Source of the DNA: an uncultured Chloroflexia bacterium
Lineage (GTDB): Bacteria > Chloroflexota > Anaerolineae > Anaerolineales > RBG-16-64-43
Assembly: GCA_963724345.1 (NCBI GenBank)
Contig: CAVRUI010000003.1
Span: 1,977,449 to 2,041,448, forward strand
Reading direction: 5' to 3'
Length of the DNA: 64,000 nucleotides
Shown here: positions 41,699 to 53,033 of the stretch, piece after piece
Position numbering within the stretch: position 1 is the first letter of the stretch
How the letters are laid out: each line of letters begins with the position of its first letter
The notes under the pieces: generated by a model
Told to the model about the DNA's origin: nothing
Database searches by the model: none
The model's input: the letters and a program-made list of their open reading frames with translations, nothing else
Position numbers and translations under genes: made by a program

Positions 41699-43252
41699 GG
41701 TTTTGACCTTTCGGGTTTGGAATTGGTCGCTGTTCCGGTGGCCAGCGCCATGATTTTTTCCTGGGTGGCGTCGGCGATATTCAGGGTGCACACCGACCGG
41801 TCCTCATGCATGACCATGATCCGGTCGCTCATCCCGAGCACTTCCACCAGATCGCTGGAGATCATGATGATGGCGATCCCCTGCTCGGCAAGCTCGTTCA
41901 TGATCTTGTAAATCTCGAATTTGGTGCCCACATCGATCCCGCGCGTCGGGTCGTCCATGATCAGCACTTTCGGCCGCGACATCAGCCATTTGGAAATGAC
42001 AACCTTCTGCTGGTTGCCGCCGGAAAGCGAATCCGCCCTGGCGTTCAGGTTGGATGTTTTAATCGCCAAGCTTTTGGCGAAATCCATGCTCTCCTTCAGT
42101 TCGGCGGAGTCGTTGATTCGCAGAAAGGAAGCGAACCGGTCCAGGTTGGCCATGGAAATATTGCGCAGGATCGATTGCATCAGAACCAGTCCGTGCCGCT
42201 TGCGGTCCTCCGGCACCAGGCTGATGCCTTCCTTCATGGCCTGGCTCGCGCTGCCAGCCCTGATTTCCTTGCCTTCGAGCGTGATTTTTCCTTTGTTGAT
42301 TTTGCCGTACTCCCCGAAGAGGGTCATGACCAGTTCCGTCCGGCCGGAGCCCATCAGGCCGGCAATTCCGAGGATCTCCCCCTTCCGCAGATTGAAGCTC
42401 ACGCCTTTCAGGATCTCGGAAGCGGACGCGTTCGGATCCAGCGCATGGAGATCCTCCACTTCGAAAATCACCGCGCCGGGTTTGCGGTTGCCCTTCGGGA
42501 AGCGCTCCTTCATCTCGCGTCCGACCATGTGGCTGACCAGGGATTCCACGTTCAGTTTCTTCGTCGGGCTGGTGAGAACCGTCTTCCCGTCGCGGAGGAT
42601 CGTCACCGAATCGGTGACCTTGAAAAACTCCTCCAATTTGTGGCTGATGTAAATGCAGGTGACTCCGTGCTTCTTGAGCTCCCGCAGGATTTCCATGAGA
42701 TGTTCGATCTCGGATTCGGCCAGCGCGCTGGTCGGTTCGTCGAGGATCAGGATCTTCGCATTTTCCGAAAGCGCCTTGGCGATTTCGGTCATCTGCATCT
42801 TCCCCACGCCCAAACGCCTCACAACCGTGTGGGGGTTGACATCCATATGGTATTTGGCCAGCAGGGCGCTGGTCTCGGAATAGAGTTTGTCCCAGTTGAT
42901 AATTCCGCGTTCCACCGGTTCCTTGCCGAGGAAAATATTTTCTCCGACCGTGCCGAAAGGCACCAGCGTCAGTTCCTGGTAGACGATCGCAATCCCCTTT
43001 TCCGCCGCCCGGCGGATCGATCCTTGTTCCAGCTTCAGTTCTTCGCCGTTGTAGATCACCTGGCCTTCGTAGTCCCCATGGGGGTACACCCCCGATAGGA
43101 TCTTCATCAGGGTGGATTTGCCGGCGCCGTTCTCGCCGCAGATCCCGTGGATCTCTCCGCGCCGGATGGAAAACGAAACATCCGAGAGCGCGGTAACCCC
43201 GCCGAAATCTTTTGGTTACATTCTTGAACTCCAGAATGACGTCGTCGCTCAT
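41695..43252 (-). CDS. xylG: D-xylose ABC transporter ATP-binding protein (two ABC domains). Homopolymer frameshift near 43205-43213.
   Basis: MSDDVILEFKNVTKRF, then after a +1 shift GGVTALSDVSFSIRRGEIHGICGENGAGKSTLMKILSGVYPHGDYEG, which joins seamlessly to the main ORF. Confidence 0.8.
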
Positions 43253-43397
43253 ACCGTTCTCCTGCGCTCCGGATTTGGGGTCGGGCTTCCTTGGAAGATC
43301 ACAGGATTCACAAGGAAGCCCAACCCCACGCATTGCCTGAGATGGTTCTTTCAAACCGGCCGTTTTGCAAAAGCCCGGACGGTTTGAGTTGCGATGA

Positions 43398-44498
43398 CTA
43401 CGGGCAGGTTACCTTGGCCGGGCGATCGGCGTCCGGAATGTCACGATAGACATCATCGTAGGGCTGGAAGCAGCTCTTGACGATGAGTTCGTAGACGTTG
43501 TCCTTGGTGACCTGTTTAACCGGCAGGAAGTTGGCTTGAATGTCGCCGGTCTTGGTGTTGTCGCCGGTCAGCACTGCCAGGCCGAAGGCCTTCAGGCCGT
43601 CGATCGCGGTGCCCTTGAGCAGCTTGTCGATCATGTCCACGGCCATCGGGGACAGCAGGCGGATGTCCTTGTAAACGGACACGGTCTGCTCGCCCTTGAC
43701 GATGCTGTTGCAGCCATCGGCGGTCGCGTCCTGACCGGAGATCGGAACTTTGCCGGCCAGACCCTGAGCCGACATCGCCTGCAGTTCGCCCAGCGCGGTG
43801 CCGTCGTTCGAGGCAATCACGCCGTCGATCAGGTTCTGCTGCGCGGTGAGGATATTTTCCATCATCTTCTGGGCCGTCGCGGGATCCCAGTTGTCGACCC
43901 ACTGATCGGCAACGATCTTGATGATGCCCTGATCGAGGTAGGGTTGGATAACTTCCATCTGGCCCTGGCGGACCAGGACGGCGTTGTTGTCGGTCGGGGA
44001 ACCGCCGGACATGACGATCTTGGCGGGATTGGCCGACGTCCAAATCGTGCTTCCCGGAATGCCGAGAGCAGTCATGACGCCCAGCGCTTCCTGGCGGCCG
44101 ACTTCGACGTTGTCGAAGGAGATGTAGGCGGCAATGCTGGAAGTCTTGATCAGGCGGTCGTAGGCGATGACTTTCACACCGCCCTTGGCGGCCTTGTCCA
44201 CGGCGGTCGCCGCGGCGTCGCCATCTTCGGCGATGACGATCAAGCCCTTAACGCCCTGCGAGACCATGTTGTCGATCTGGTCGTTCTGCAGTTTGACGTC
44301 ATGGGCCGCTTCCTGGACGATTACGTCGTAGCCCTTGTCGTTCAGGAGCTTCGTCATCAGATCGGCTTCGTTCTTCCACCGCTCGGTTGCGAAATCGGAA
44401 AAGGAAAGACCGATCTTGGTCTTTCCGGCTCCGGCGCAGGAAACCAGGCCGGTCATGAGCGCGACCAGCATCAGTGCTGTAAAGATTTTGCGGTACAT
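43398..44498 (-). CDS. xylF: D-xylose ABC transporter substrate-binding lipoprotein
   Basis: Signal peptide plus lipobox (LVSCAG) and a periplasmic-binding-protein type I fold. AGGAG RBS. Confidence 0.85.
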   Translation of the reverse strand: MYRKIFTALMLVALMTGLVSCAGAGKTKIGLSFSDFATERWKNEADLMTKLLNDKGYDVIVQEAAHDVKLQNDQIDNMVSQGVKGLIVIAEDGDAAATAVDKAAKGGVKVIAYDRLIKTSSIAAYISFDNVEVGRQEALGVMTALGIPGSTIWTSANPAKIVMSGGSPTDNNAVLVRQGQMEVIQPYLDQGIIKIVADQWVDNWDPATAQKMMENILTAQQNLIDGVIASNDGTALGELQAMSAQGLAGKVPISGQDATADGCNSIVKGEQTVSVYKDIRLLSPMAVDMIDKLLKGTAIDGLKAFGLAVLTGDNTKTGDIQANFLPVKQVTKDNVYELIVKSCFQPYDDVYRDIPDADRPAKVTCP

Positions 44499-44698
44499 AT
44501 GTTGCTCCTTTCGAAGATGGTTAGATCCTGAAGCGGTGCTGAATTCCTTATCTCGACGAGCAATTCTCTGGACGTCTTCCTCCTTTCCGGGCGTGATGGA
44601 ACGTAGAATGGGTTTTCCTCTCCTGTCGTAACCACCAGGCCCCCTATCGGACGGAATCATCCTGATGCCTTGCAGTGGCGGGAAACCGCCCTCGTATA

Positions 44699-46010
44699 TT
44701 ATAGTGCGAAACCTTGGAAGTTGCCGCTTACGTGCAGCATCGCCAAAAAGTATAGCAGTCCGTCATAATAACGCCATGTCCCGCGTGGGATCGCCGTATC
44801 CCATAGAGCCTGGACGAAGGGTTTGCCGATTTCGGCGTGGGCGGCCAGCGCCGCCACCCCGGCCATCGCCGCCAGGCCGGTGGAATGGTCGCCGGAGAGG
44901 GCTTTGCCTTCCAGGGTGTATTGGTTCCCGTACAAACCCTGTCCCTGCGACGCCAGGAAGGCCAGCACGCGGTCGGATTGCTCCACCTGCCATGGGTCCT
45001 TCCCGAACCAGGCGAAATCCACCGCGACATTGGAAAGGGTCCGCCAGGCGTCGAAGCGGAAATCCTCGTGATCTCCCCCGGTCGGCGTGCCGTCGAAGTT
45101 CGCGTAATCCGGCATCAGACCGGTCTGCGGATTGGCGGCGCGGTGGAAAAATGCCCGGCTCTCGGTGGCGGCTTCGGCCCAGAAGGCGTTGTCTTCGGCC
45201 GCCCAAAGCGCCCAGAGTTCGTAATAGGCGGGCAGGTGATACGAGGGGTCGGTGAATGTGGAATTCCGGCCGCTCGGGACGAACACCACCTGCTTGGTCT
45301 TTGGATCGAACATATCGGTCGCAATCCCGTTGCCTTCGGCGGTCTTGGTCCGCATCGTGCGCAGGATCTGATCGGCTTCGGCGCGGTAGTTGAAGATCCC
45401 TTCGCCGTCGCCCCAGCGTTTGGAGGCGAAGAACAGCGCCGTGACAAACCACTCCTCGCCGTCGGAGGCCGGGTTGGCCGCCAGCTGTTTTCCGTCCGGC
45501 GTCGCAGTGCCAGGCGAAATAGCCCTGATACGGACCATCGTCCTGGTACATGTACGTCATGGCCCATTTCCACAGGCGGTTGAACTCTTCCTGTTTGCCG
45601 AGCTGGACGGCGATCATCATACCGTAGGACATGCCCTCGGAGCGGACGTCGTTGTTGCCGACGTCCAGGATGTAGGCCATATCGTCTCCGACCGGGTAGT
45701 AGACCCGTTCGAAATCGTTGTCTCCGTAAAAAAGCTTCTCCCAGGCGGCATCCAGCTTGGCCCGGATCTCCGCCTCGGTTTTCCCGAGATATTCCTGAAA
45801 GAGGTTCCGGTAGCGCCCGGTCTGCAGGGATTGTACGCTGGTTGCGGCCGGGAGAGGAGTCGCCGTGAAGGTTGCGCTGGGGGCGAAGGTTTCGACGATC
45901 ACGGTCGCCGCTTCCGGACTCTCCGCTGGCGGAACCGGGCTGCCCCCGGTTCCGCACGCGGAAAGGAGAAGGGAGACGATGACCAGGAGGAAGAAGGTGC
46001 GCACATGCAT
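44699..46010 (-). CDS. GH8-family glycoside hydrolase lipoprotein (xylanase / reducing-end exo-oligoxylanase-like). Apparent frameshift near 45500-45520.
   Basis: Lipobox LLSACG. GH8 block [18 protein letters not shown] in the first ORF and the C-terminal (alpha/alpha)6 remainder in the second ORF. Confidence 0.65.
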
Positions 46011-46035
46011 GGGCACGGTCTCCGGCAATCCCGAA

Positions 46036-46894
46036 TTAACCCTTTACCGCGCCGGCGGTCATGCCGGCTACAATCTGCCGTTCGGCGAAGAAGTAGAAGA
46101 TGATCGTCGGCAGCGCGGAAAGGGAGACAAAGGCGTTCACGAGGGAAATATCCATCCCGTACTGGCCCTGGAATTGCATGGTGCCCAGTGGAAGGGTCCA
46201 CAGTGTTTCCTTATTAATGAGGACCAGCGGCACCAGCAGGTCGTTCCAGCTGACGATCATCGTCAGCGCCGCAACGGCCGCGAGCGCCGGCTTGGCGATC
46301 GGCAGCAGGATCTGCCAGAAGAAATCGAAGGGCGTGCAGCCGTCGATGTAGGAGGCGTCCTCGAGTTCCATGGGGATCGAAAGGAAAAAACCGCGCAGGA
46401 TCATGATATTTCCGGACAGCGCGAACGCGGTTTGAACCAGGATCACGCCGAGGAACGTGTCGGGCAGATGAAGATCCCGGATCAGCAGGTAGACCGGCAG
46501 GATGGCGATGTTGATCGGGAACATCAATCCGAGCGTCAGGATGTTGAAGAGCAGGTCCTTGCTGCGGAACTTCATGCGCGCGAACACGAACGCGGCCATG
46601 CTGGTCACCAGCACCACCCCCGTTGTCGTGGCCGCCATGACGAGCAGGCTGTTGCGCAGCATCGTCCAGAAATTCGGAGCGCGAGAGGATGTTGATGTAG
46701 TTGTCCCAGCGCGGGGGGATGGGCGGCGTGTACGGATTGGTCATCGCTTCGCCGCGGGTTTTGAGCGCGCTGAAGACGAGCATCACGATCGGGACGAAGA
46801 CGACGATGACGATTGCCGTCAGAATCGCGTATTGAATGAACCGCGGAAGGTATTTTTTCCAGTTGCGTCTGGGTTGGATCGATAAGGAGGTCAT
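46036..46894 (-). CDS. carbohydrate ABC transporter permease (MalG/UgpE-like). Apparent frameshift near 46640-46700.
   Basis: The N-terminus MTSLSIQPRRNWKKYLPRFIQYAILTAIVIVVF and the C-terminal ORF 46036-46662 are in different frames. Confidence 0.6.
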
Positions 46895-46907
46895 GTCGGA
46901 TGCCTTT

Positions 46908-47855
46908 CTACTCGGCGCCCTGGAAATTCGGCTGGCGGATGATCCGCAGGTACCCGATGGAAAACACCAGTGAGACCAGCAGCATGACGATCGCCACCGC
47001 CGAGCCGTAGCCGTACCAGAAGCGGACGAAGCCGTAACGGTACATATAGGTCGCCATGACCTCGCTGGCGTTCACCGGACCGCCCTTGGTCATGATCCAG
47101 ACCAGGATGAACTGCTGCAGCGAACCGAGTATCGAGAGGTAGACCGAAGTGCGGATTGTGCTGCCGAGCATCGGGAGGGTGATGAAGCGGATCAGCTGCA
47201 GGCCGTTCGCGCCGTCGATCCGGGCCGCCTCCTCGACTTCCGCGGGAATACCCTGCAACCCCGCCAGAAAGAGCAGCATGTGCAATCCGAAATATTTCCA
47301 GGTTAATACGACAAACAAGGCGGGCATGACCACCTTCATGTCGCCCAGCCAGGCCACGGGTTCGACTCCGGGAATAAGCGTAAGGATCGCATTGAACAAA
47401 CCACGCGTGGGATCGGGATTGTACAAGCCCATCCACGCGATGGCGGTGATGACTTCGGAAATGACGTACGGCATGAAGAAAATCATGCGGAAAAAAGCCC
47501 GGCCGGGAAGATCGCGGCCGACCATGATCGCCAGCCCGAGCGAGAGCGGCAGCTGGACGGCGAGGGAAAGCCCGATGATCAGCAATCCGTTGAAGATCGC
47601 CTTTTGGAAAATCTTGTCTTTCAGAATCTGCTGGAAATTCTCCAGCCCGATGAAATCCGTCGGGGCGCCAAAGCCTTTCCAGGAGAAGAAGCTGTAGTAC
47701 ACGGATTTGAAGATGGGGTACACGATGAACAGGAGGAAAAGCGCGAATGCCGGAACCAGGAATAAAAAAATGGTCAGGTTCTTTTGGGCTTTTTGAGAGA
47801 AAAGCGATGCCCTAGGTGGTTTGATGGCGGCTCCACTGTCGGCGGCGGTTTCCAT
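46908..47855 (-). CDS. carbohydrate ABC transporter permease (MalF/UgpA-like)
   Basis: Intact 315 aa with six TM helices and the EAA-like loop (IDGANGLQLIRFITLP). Confidence 0.75.
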   Translation of the reverse strand: METAADSGAAIKPPRASLFSQKAQKNLTIFLFLVPAFALFLLFIVYPIFKSVYYSFFSWKGFGAPTDFIGLENFQQILKDKIFQKAIFNGLLIIGLSLAVQLPLSLGLAIMVGRDLPGRAFFRMIFFMPYVISEVITAIAWMGLYNPDPTRGLFNAILTLIPGVEPVAWLGDMKVVMPALFVVLTWKYFGLHMLLFLAGLQGIPAEVEEAARIDGANGLQLIRFITLPMLGSTIRTSVYLSILGSLQQFILVWIMTKGGPVNASEVMATYMYRYGFVRFWYGYGSAVAIVMLLVSLVFSIGYLRIIRQPNFQGAE

Positions 47856-47870
47856 AAAGGCTCTCCTTCT

Positions 47871-49303
47871 TCAGCAGCGGACGAAGAAGCGGGGGTTGGG
47901 AAAGCCCAGCCCAACCCCCGCTTCCTTTTCACAAACCGGACGTGCTAACCCCAACTCTTGTTTCGCGGAATCCTCGATGGCCTGTGCGGCCTCTTCGGGG
48001 GTCATGGTCCCGGCGAACATAGCCTGGACGCTGTCGTTGATGACGGAACCCATCGCCGGAGGCAGAGCCTGGTCGTAGTACAGCTGGAAGTACTTCGCCT
48101 TGGCGAGTTCCTGCTGCAGGGCGATCATCAGCGGATCGGTCATGCCGGCTTCGCCGCCCTTGACTACCGGGATGGCGACATTGATCGCCGCGAGCTTCTT
48201 CTGATTCTCGGCGCTGGTCAGGAACTTGACGAAGTCCACGGCCGCGTCGGAGGCGTTCTTGCCGATCGCGAAGCCGTTGCCGCCGCCGACCGCATCGTTC
48301 GGATCACCGGCGCCGCCCTCGACCATCGGGAAGGGGAACCAGCCGAGGTTGTCGCCGATGCCCTTCTTATCGAGGCTGTTGTCTTTCTCCACGGCCGGGG
48401 CCCACTGGCCCATCAGTTCCATCGCGACTTTGCCGTTGCCCATCGCGGTGGCTTCGTCGCCGTAGGTCGCTCCCAGGAACCCGTCCTGGAACGGCTTCTT
48501 GGCAACGAGCGCCTGGAGCATCTCACCGGCCTTTACGAACGGGGCGTCGGTGAAGGAACCGGTGCGCAGGAGCGCGCCTTCGAAGTTGGCCTTGCCGCCG
48601 AGGCGGGTGACCAGGTACGCCCACATGTGCATGCCGGGCCATTTGTCGCCCATGCCGACGGAGATCGGGGTGATGCCCGCGGTCTTGAGCTTATCGACGT
48701 CGTCGTTGAACTCGGTCCAGGTCTTCGGGGTGCCGGTGATGCCGGCCTGTTCGAAGAGGGCCTTGTTGTACCACCAGCCGATCATGCCCATGTCCCACGG
48801 CACGCCGTAGTTGACGCCCTTGTAGGCGTAGACGCCCAGGGCGCCCTGCGCCGAAGGAGTTGCGCCAGGCGCCGCCGTCGGCATCCAGTTCGGCATTGAT
48901 GTCGCGGAGCAGGCCGGCATTGGCGTATTCGTTCATCACGCCGCCGCCCCAGCTCTGGAAGATGTCGGGCGGTTCGCCGGACTGCATGACGGTGGTCAGC
49001 TTGGTCTTGAAGGCTTCGTTCTCCAGCACCTGAATCTCGATGGTGACGTTCGGGTGCAGAGCCATGTATTCATCGGCCATCGACTGCCAGAGGTTCTTGT
49101 GTTCCTCGGCGGTCGAGATGTGCCACCAGGTGATGGTGACGGGTTCGGCAACCTGGACCGTCGGCACTTCGCGCCTGGGTGTCCGCCGGCTTGGTAGTCG
49201 GCTGGACCGGCGCGGTTGTGGCGGTGACGGCGGGAGCGCAGGCCGAGAGCGCGAGCGCGATGATCAGCACGAGGCCGATCAACATAAACATTTTGCGGGG
49301 CAT
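47871..49303 (-). CDS. extracellular solute-binding lipoprotein (family 1) of the second sugar ABC system. Two apparent frameshifts near 48810-48920 and 49150-49170.
   Basis: Three overlapping partial ORFs in different frames. Signal peptide plus lipobox (MPRKMFMLIGLVLIIALALSACA), a middle segment, and a 349-aa C-terminal segment. Confidence 0.6.
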
Positions 49304-49435
49304 TGAATTTTCTCCTTCTTTTGATAGGAACGGATGACGTAATCAGGTACTGCGATTAGATGATGGTTTTGGATATGAGTTCGCGTTCACCTCCTTCCAT
49401 CGGACGGAATGGACGTGCAGCGGAATGCGAAAAAC

Positions 49436-50470
49436 CTAGGATTGCGCCGCACGCGGCGGCTGACAGGATTCCCGGATGATCAGTTCCGTCGGCAGTTCGA
49501 TGCGGCTGTCGGCTTTTTCCTTGTTGCGGAACAGATCCAGGAGCATCTGGGTGGCGACCCGGCCCATTTTTTCCAGCGGCTGGCTGACGGTCGTCAACCC
49601 GGGGCGAACCACCGACGCCTGCGGAATGTCGTCGAATCCGACGACGGAGATATCGTCCGGGACGCGGAAACCGCGGTTGCGGACGGCATCCATCGCGCCC
49701 ATGGCCATCACGTCGTTGGACGCGAAGATGGCCGTCGGGGGATTGGCGAGGTTAAGGAGCGCCGATGCGCCGGCGTACCCATCCGGCTGAAAAAACGTTC
49801 CTTCGTAAATAAGTTCGGGTTCGTTCGGGAGGTGATAGGTGCGCAGCGCCGAGCGGTATCCTTCCAGCCGCTCGTCGGCGCAGCCCAGATCCATCGATCC
49901 GGTGATGAAACCGATCCGGGTGTGGCCGAGTTTGACGAGGTATTCCGTGGCGTGATACGCCCCCTGCCAGTTCGTGGCCCCCACCGCGGGGCAATCCCGG
50001 CCGATCCCCTGGTGATCGATCAGCACGAAGGGCACGCCGCGGTTGGTCAGGGTGCCCGTGTAATCCGCCGGCGCGCGCGGCAGGACCAGCAGCAACCCAT
50101 CGACCATCCCCTTGGCCAGGTTGGCGACGTAATTGGCTTCTTTGCTTGCGGTGCGATGGGTGGTGTATAAAATCAGATCGAGGTCGGTCAGGCTGAGTTC
50201 GGCGTCTATGCCGCGGATGATCTCGCCGATGTATCCCGTTCCCAAATCCGGGACAAGCACACCGATGATATTCGAACGGCCCCCGGCCAGGCTGCGCGCC
50301 TGACGGTTGGCCGTGTACCCGAGTTTTTGCATTACCCCCTGCACTCGTTCGCGGGTCTCCGGCCGGACATGGATATCGTTGTTAATTACGCGCGAAACCG
50401 TCCCGAAAGAAACGCCCGCTTTTTCGGCGACATCAACGATGGTGATTTTGGACGGCCTGTTTTTCGTCAT
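49436..50470 (-). CDS. LacI-family transcriptional regulator (probable repressor of the xylose/xyloside regulon)
   Basis: N-terminal HTH (KITIVDVAEKAGVSFGTVSRVIN) and a periplasmic-binding-like effector domain. Confidence 0.85.
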   Translation of the reverse strand: MTKNRPSKITIVDVAEKAGVSFGTVSRVINNDIHVRPETRERVQGVMQKLGYTANRQARSLAGGRSNIIGVLVPDLGTGYIGEIIRGIDAELSLTDLDLILYTTHRTASKEANYVANLAKGMVDGLLLVLPRAPADYTGTLTNRGVPFVLIDHQGIGRDCPAVGATNWQGAYHATEYLVKLGHTRIGFITGSMDLGCADERLEGYRSALRTYHLPNEPELIYEGTFFQPDGYAGASALLNLANPPTAIFASNDVMAMGAMDAVRNRGFRVPDDISVVGFDDIPQASVVRPGLTTVSQPLEKMGRVATQMLLDLFRNKEKADSRIELPTELIIRESCQPPRAAQS

Positions 50471-50710
50471 TTTTTGGAAACGTTTACACGTTTTTAGAGT
50501 GTTTTTACCCAAAAACCATGGGCCGTGGAAAATAAAAATCTTCTCGTATAAATGGTTATTAGTCAATTATTACGAGATTATTACAGTTTTTCCACGATTT
50601 CCTGCATATAAAGGATCTGTGACTGGGCCGAAAATTTGGAAGCGTTTACATGGAAAATAATAGCATCAACCAAAGACTGAGTCAAGTGCTCTTTTAACTT
50701 TTTTTGAGTT

Positions 50711-50723
50711 TACATCATGTAAT
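50711..50723. promoter_or_regulatory. candidate LacI-family operator palindromes in an AT-rich island
   Basis: Perfect palindrome TTACATCATGTAA at 50711-50723. A second near-palindrome AAACGT-TTAC-ACGTTT at 50467-50486 overlaps the regulator start. The GTTTACA half-site recurs at 50645. Confidence 0.4.
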
Positions 50724-51104
50724 CAATGAAAAAACGAATGATTTTTTATCAAAATTTATTCTCCCTCCCCATCACTCTTGCCTGTTTCATCGAAGCAATT
50801 CGATGGAAATACACCATTCCTTTTTCTCTAAAGCAAGGAAACTGAGGGTTAACCTTCAATTATTTCCACTCTATATCATTCAAAAATTGAATCTCAGGCT
50901 ATTTTCTCGATTTATTTCTGTGTGGTTTAAATTAATAAGGAGAACTCCAGTCTGATTTTAAGACTGGAGTTCACTTGCCGGACACCGTCTTGGAATAACG
51001 AAAAAGGTGATTCTATGACTATTAAAGGTCTCCAATGGATCGACAGTGATGCTTGCTTCTTTTCAATTTACGGATAATTGACGACGGAATAATCCCGGCC
51101 GACC

Positions 51105-51815
51105 CTACTCCGCCAATGCTTCTGCGATCAGCCATCCGAATTGTTCGGATCCTTCGAAGCTGGCGGTCACGATTTTGCCGTCGCGCACGGGGTCTGATGT
51201 GGAAAGCACGGCGCCGAACTGCTCCAGAACATATTGATCGTTGATATTGCTTGTCGCCTGCTTGCCTTTCAGCACGCCGGACGCGGCCATCAGTGCCGGC
51301 ATCATGCAAATGCCGGCCAGCACTTTGTTCTGCGCGGCCGTCTCGCGCGCGAGGTTCTGGTAATCCGCATTGAACGTCTCCTGCGGCTGGCCGCATTCGA
51401 AGATGACGGCGTCGTAATCCGCCGCCTTGATTTCACTCAAAAGTTTATCCGGGGAAAGTACCGGCGCTTCCGCGCCGAACCCAGGCACATCCTTTTTCTC
51501 GATGGCGGCCAGAGTGATGCTCACCCCGCACGCTTTCAAGACCGCCACCGAGGCGTCGTGGCACCCTTCGGCATACACCTTCCGCGGCAGAATGTAGACC
51601 GCCTTTTTCCCCGCGAGATCCGGCACCGCGGGTTCACCCGGAGCCAGAGTTGGTTTGGGGGTTGCGGTCGGCTCCCTGGTCGGATCCGGCGTCTCGATCA
51701 CCGGGCTGCATCCGGCCAGCAGCCCCGCGACAGCCGTGATTTTCAGGAACTCCCGCCGGTCGATGCCTTGCGAACAGGAACACTTACCTTTCGTTTTTTT
51801 ATTCTTAGCTGCCAT
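51105..51815 (-). CDS. DJ-1/PfpI-family protein with a twin-arginine (Tat) signal
   Basis: RREFLKITAVAGLLAGC Tat motif plus lipobox. AGGAGG RBS. Class I glutamine-amidotransferase-like fold. Confidence 0.7.
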   Translation of the reverse strand: MAAKNKKTKGKCSCSQGIDRREFLKITAVAGLLAGCSPVIETPDPTREPTATPKPTLAPGEPAVPDLAGKKAVYILPRKVYAEGCHDASVAVLKACGVSITLAAIEKKDVPGFGAEAPVLSPDKLLSEIKAADYDAVIFECGQPQETFNADYQNLARETAAQNKVLAGICMMPALMAASGVLKGKQATSNINDQYVLEQFGAVLSTSDPVRDGKIVTASFEGSEQFGWLIAEALAE

Positions 51816-51831
51816 GCTGATCTCCTCCTAA

Positions 51832-52047
51832 TTATGAGTATTGGGCTCCACCGTTTGCATCCGCATGCTGCATCCCCATCATAAATAAAAGAAATCCCGC
51901 GGGGGATTTTTCACAGTAAATCCATAGCTCAGACTTAAGCCTGCTCCGCATTACCGCCGGAGCAGGCTTAATGTCTTGCTCGGGAGGAATCCGGAACAAT
52001 CCGAGACGGATCCGGACAAGCAGACTTCGCATCGGAGAAAAGCCCAT
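51832..52047 (-). CDS. doubtful small ORF, a paralogue of the 53967-54179 peptide gene. More likely a non-coding copy.
   Basis: It shares an approximately 110-nt leader and the N-terminal approximately 20 codons (MGFSPMRSLLVRIRLGLFRIP) with the other copy. However it contains a perfect 14-bp hairpin and a terminator-like hairpin inside the reading frame. Confidence 0.2.
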   Translation of the reverse strand: MGFSPMRSLLVRIRLGLFRIPPEQDIKPAPAVMRSRLKSELWIYCEKSPAGFLLFMMGMQHADANGGAQYS

Positions 52048-52310
52048 TTCCGCTTTTTCGGTGGATTTGGATCCGGTTTCCTGTTTGCGCCGGTAGGTCC
52101 GGCAGGCGGACCATGAAATCAAATTCGGATTATGCGGGATGATCATAATAAACCTCCTCTTGTTGAAAATAAAAATATGTCCAATTCCGTGCTTCCCGGG
52201 GAAGCCATAATAAATGAAAAAAATCCCGCAAGGGGATTTTTCACAGCAAATTCATGGCTGCTCCGTTTGTTCCCGGTGCCGGGATTTCCGAATCGCCGGT
52301 GTCCGCGCCG

Positions 52311-52958
52311 TCACCAAATTCCCGGCAGCAGCCGGAACCGCGTATGCCGCGCATACTCCGCGTATCCGTCGAGCTCGCGGAGAAGCATCCGGTCCTCGAG
52401 CGCGGTCCTCGCGATGAACAAAACGCCGATCGCCGCGGCCGGGACCATCCCCCAGCCCGATCCGAGCACCAGCGGGACGCACAGGAAGAAAATAATGATC
52501 CCCAGGTACATCGGATGCCGCACGCGCCGGTACGGTCCGCTGCTGATGACGGTCTGTCCGCGGTCATCCTGTATCCGCGCCGTCCGCGAGGCGAATGTGT
52601 TGGCGGCCATTACCCCGAGGATGAGCGCGCCGGCGATCGCCATGCCCAGCCATCCCGCTGCCTTCAGGCCGGCCGGGAGCGGGCAAATCCGGAACCGCAC
52701 GGCGTCCAGGGCGCAAACCGGAAAAAGAACAAGCAGCAGAACCGTATATGCCGAAAGGATCGTCCTGTCCCAGGCCTTCGTGTTGGCCCCCGTCTTCCCG
52801 CGCTCCCGAAGCTGCTCCGGGTCGCGGAGCGCGCCGCGGATCCCGTATATCAGGAGGACGATCCCATACGCGGCGATGAACAGCCAGGCGTCGATCCATC
52901 CCAGCGTCCCGGCCGGCACGAAGAGCAGGATCGCCAGCACTCCCTCGAGCAGCAGCAC
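52311..52958 (-). CDS. isoprenylcysteine carboxyl methyltransferase (ICMT/PEMT) family membrane methyltransferase
   Basis: GPYRRVRHPMYLG signature plus five TM helices. Confidence 0.7.
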   Translation of the reverse strand: MLLLEGVLAILLFVPAGTLGWIDAWLFIAAYGIVLLIYGIRGALRDPEQLRERGKTGANTKAWDRTILSAYTVLLLVLFPVCALDAVRFRICPLPAGLKAAGWLGMAIAGALILGVMAANTFASRTARIQDDRGQTVISSGPYRRVRHPMYLGIIIFFLCVPLVLGSGWGMVPAAAIGVLFIARTALEDRMLLRELDGYAEYARHTRFRLLPGIW

Positions 52959-53033
52959 TCCCCAGAAATGCCCGCACGACCACCCGCCGGATGGACACTC
53001 CGGGAACGGGGGATGCGCCTGTCACGGGCCCGC

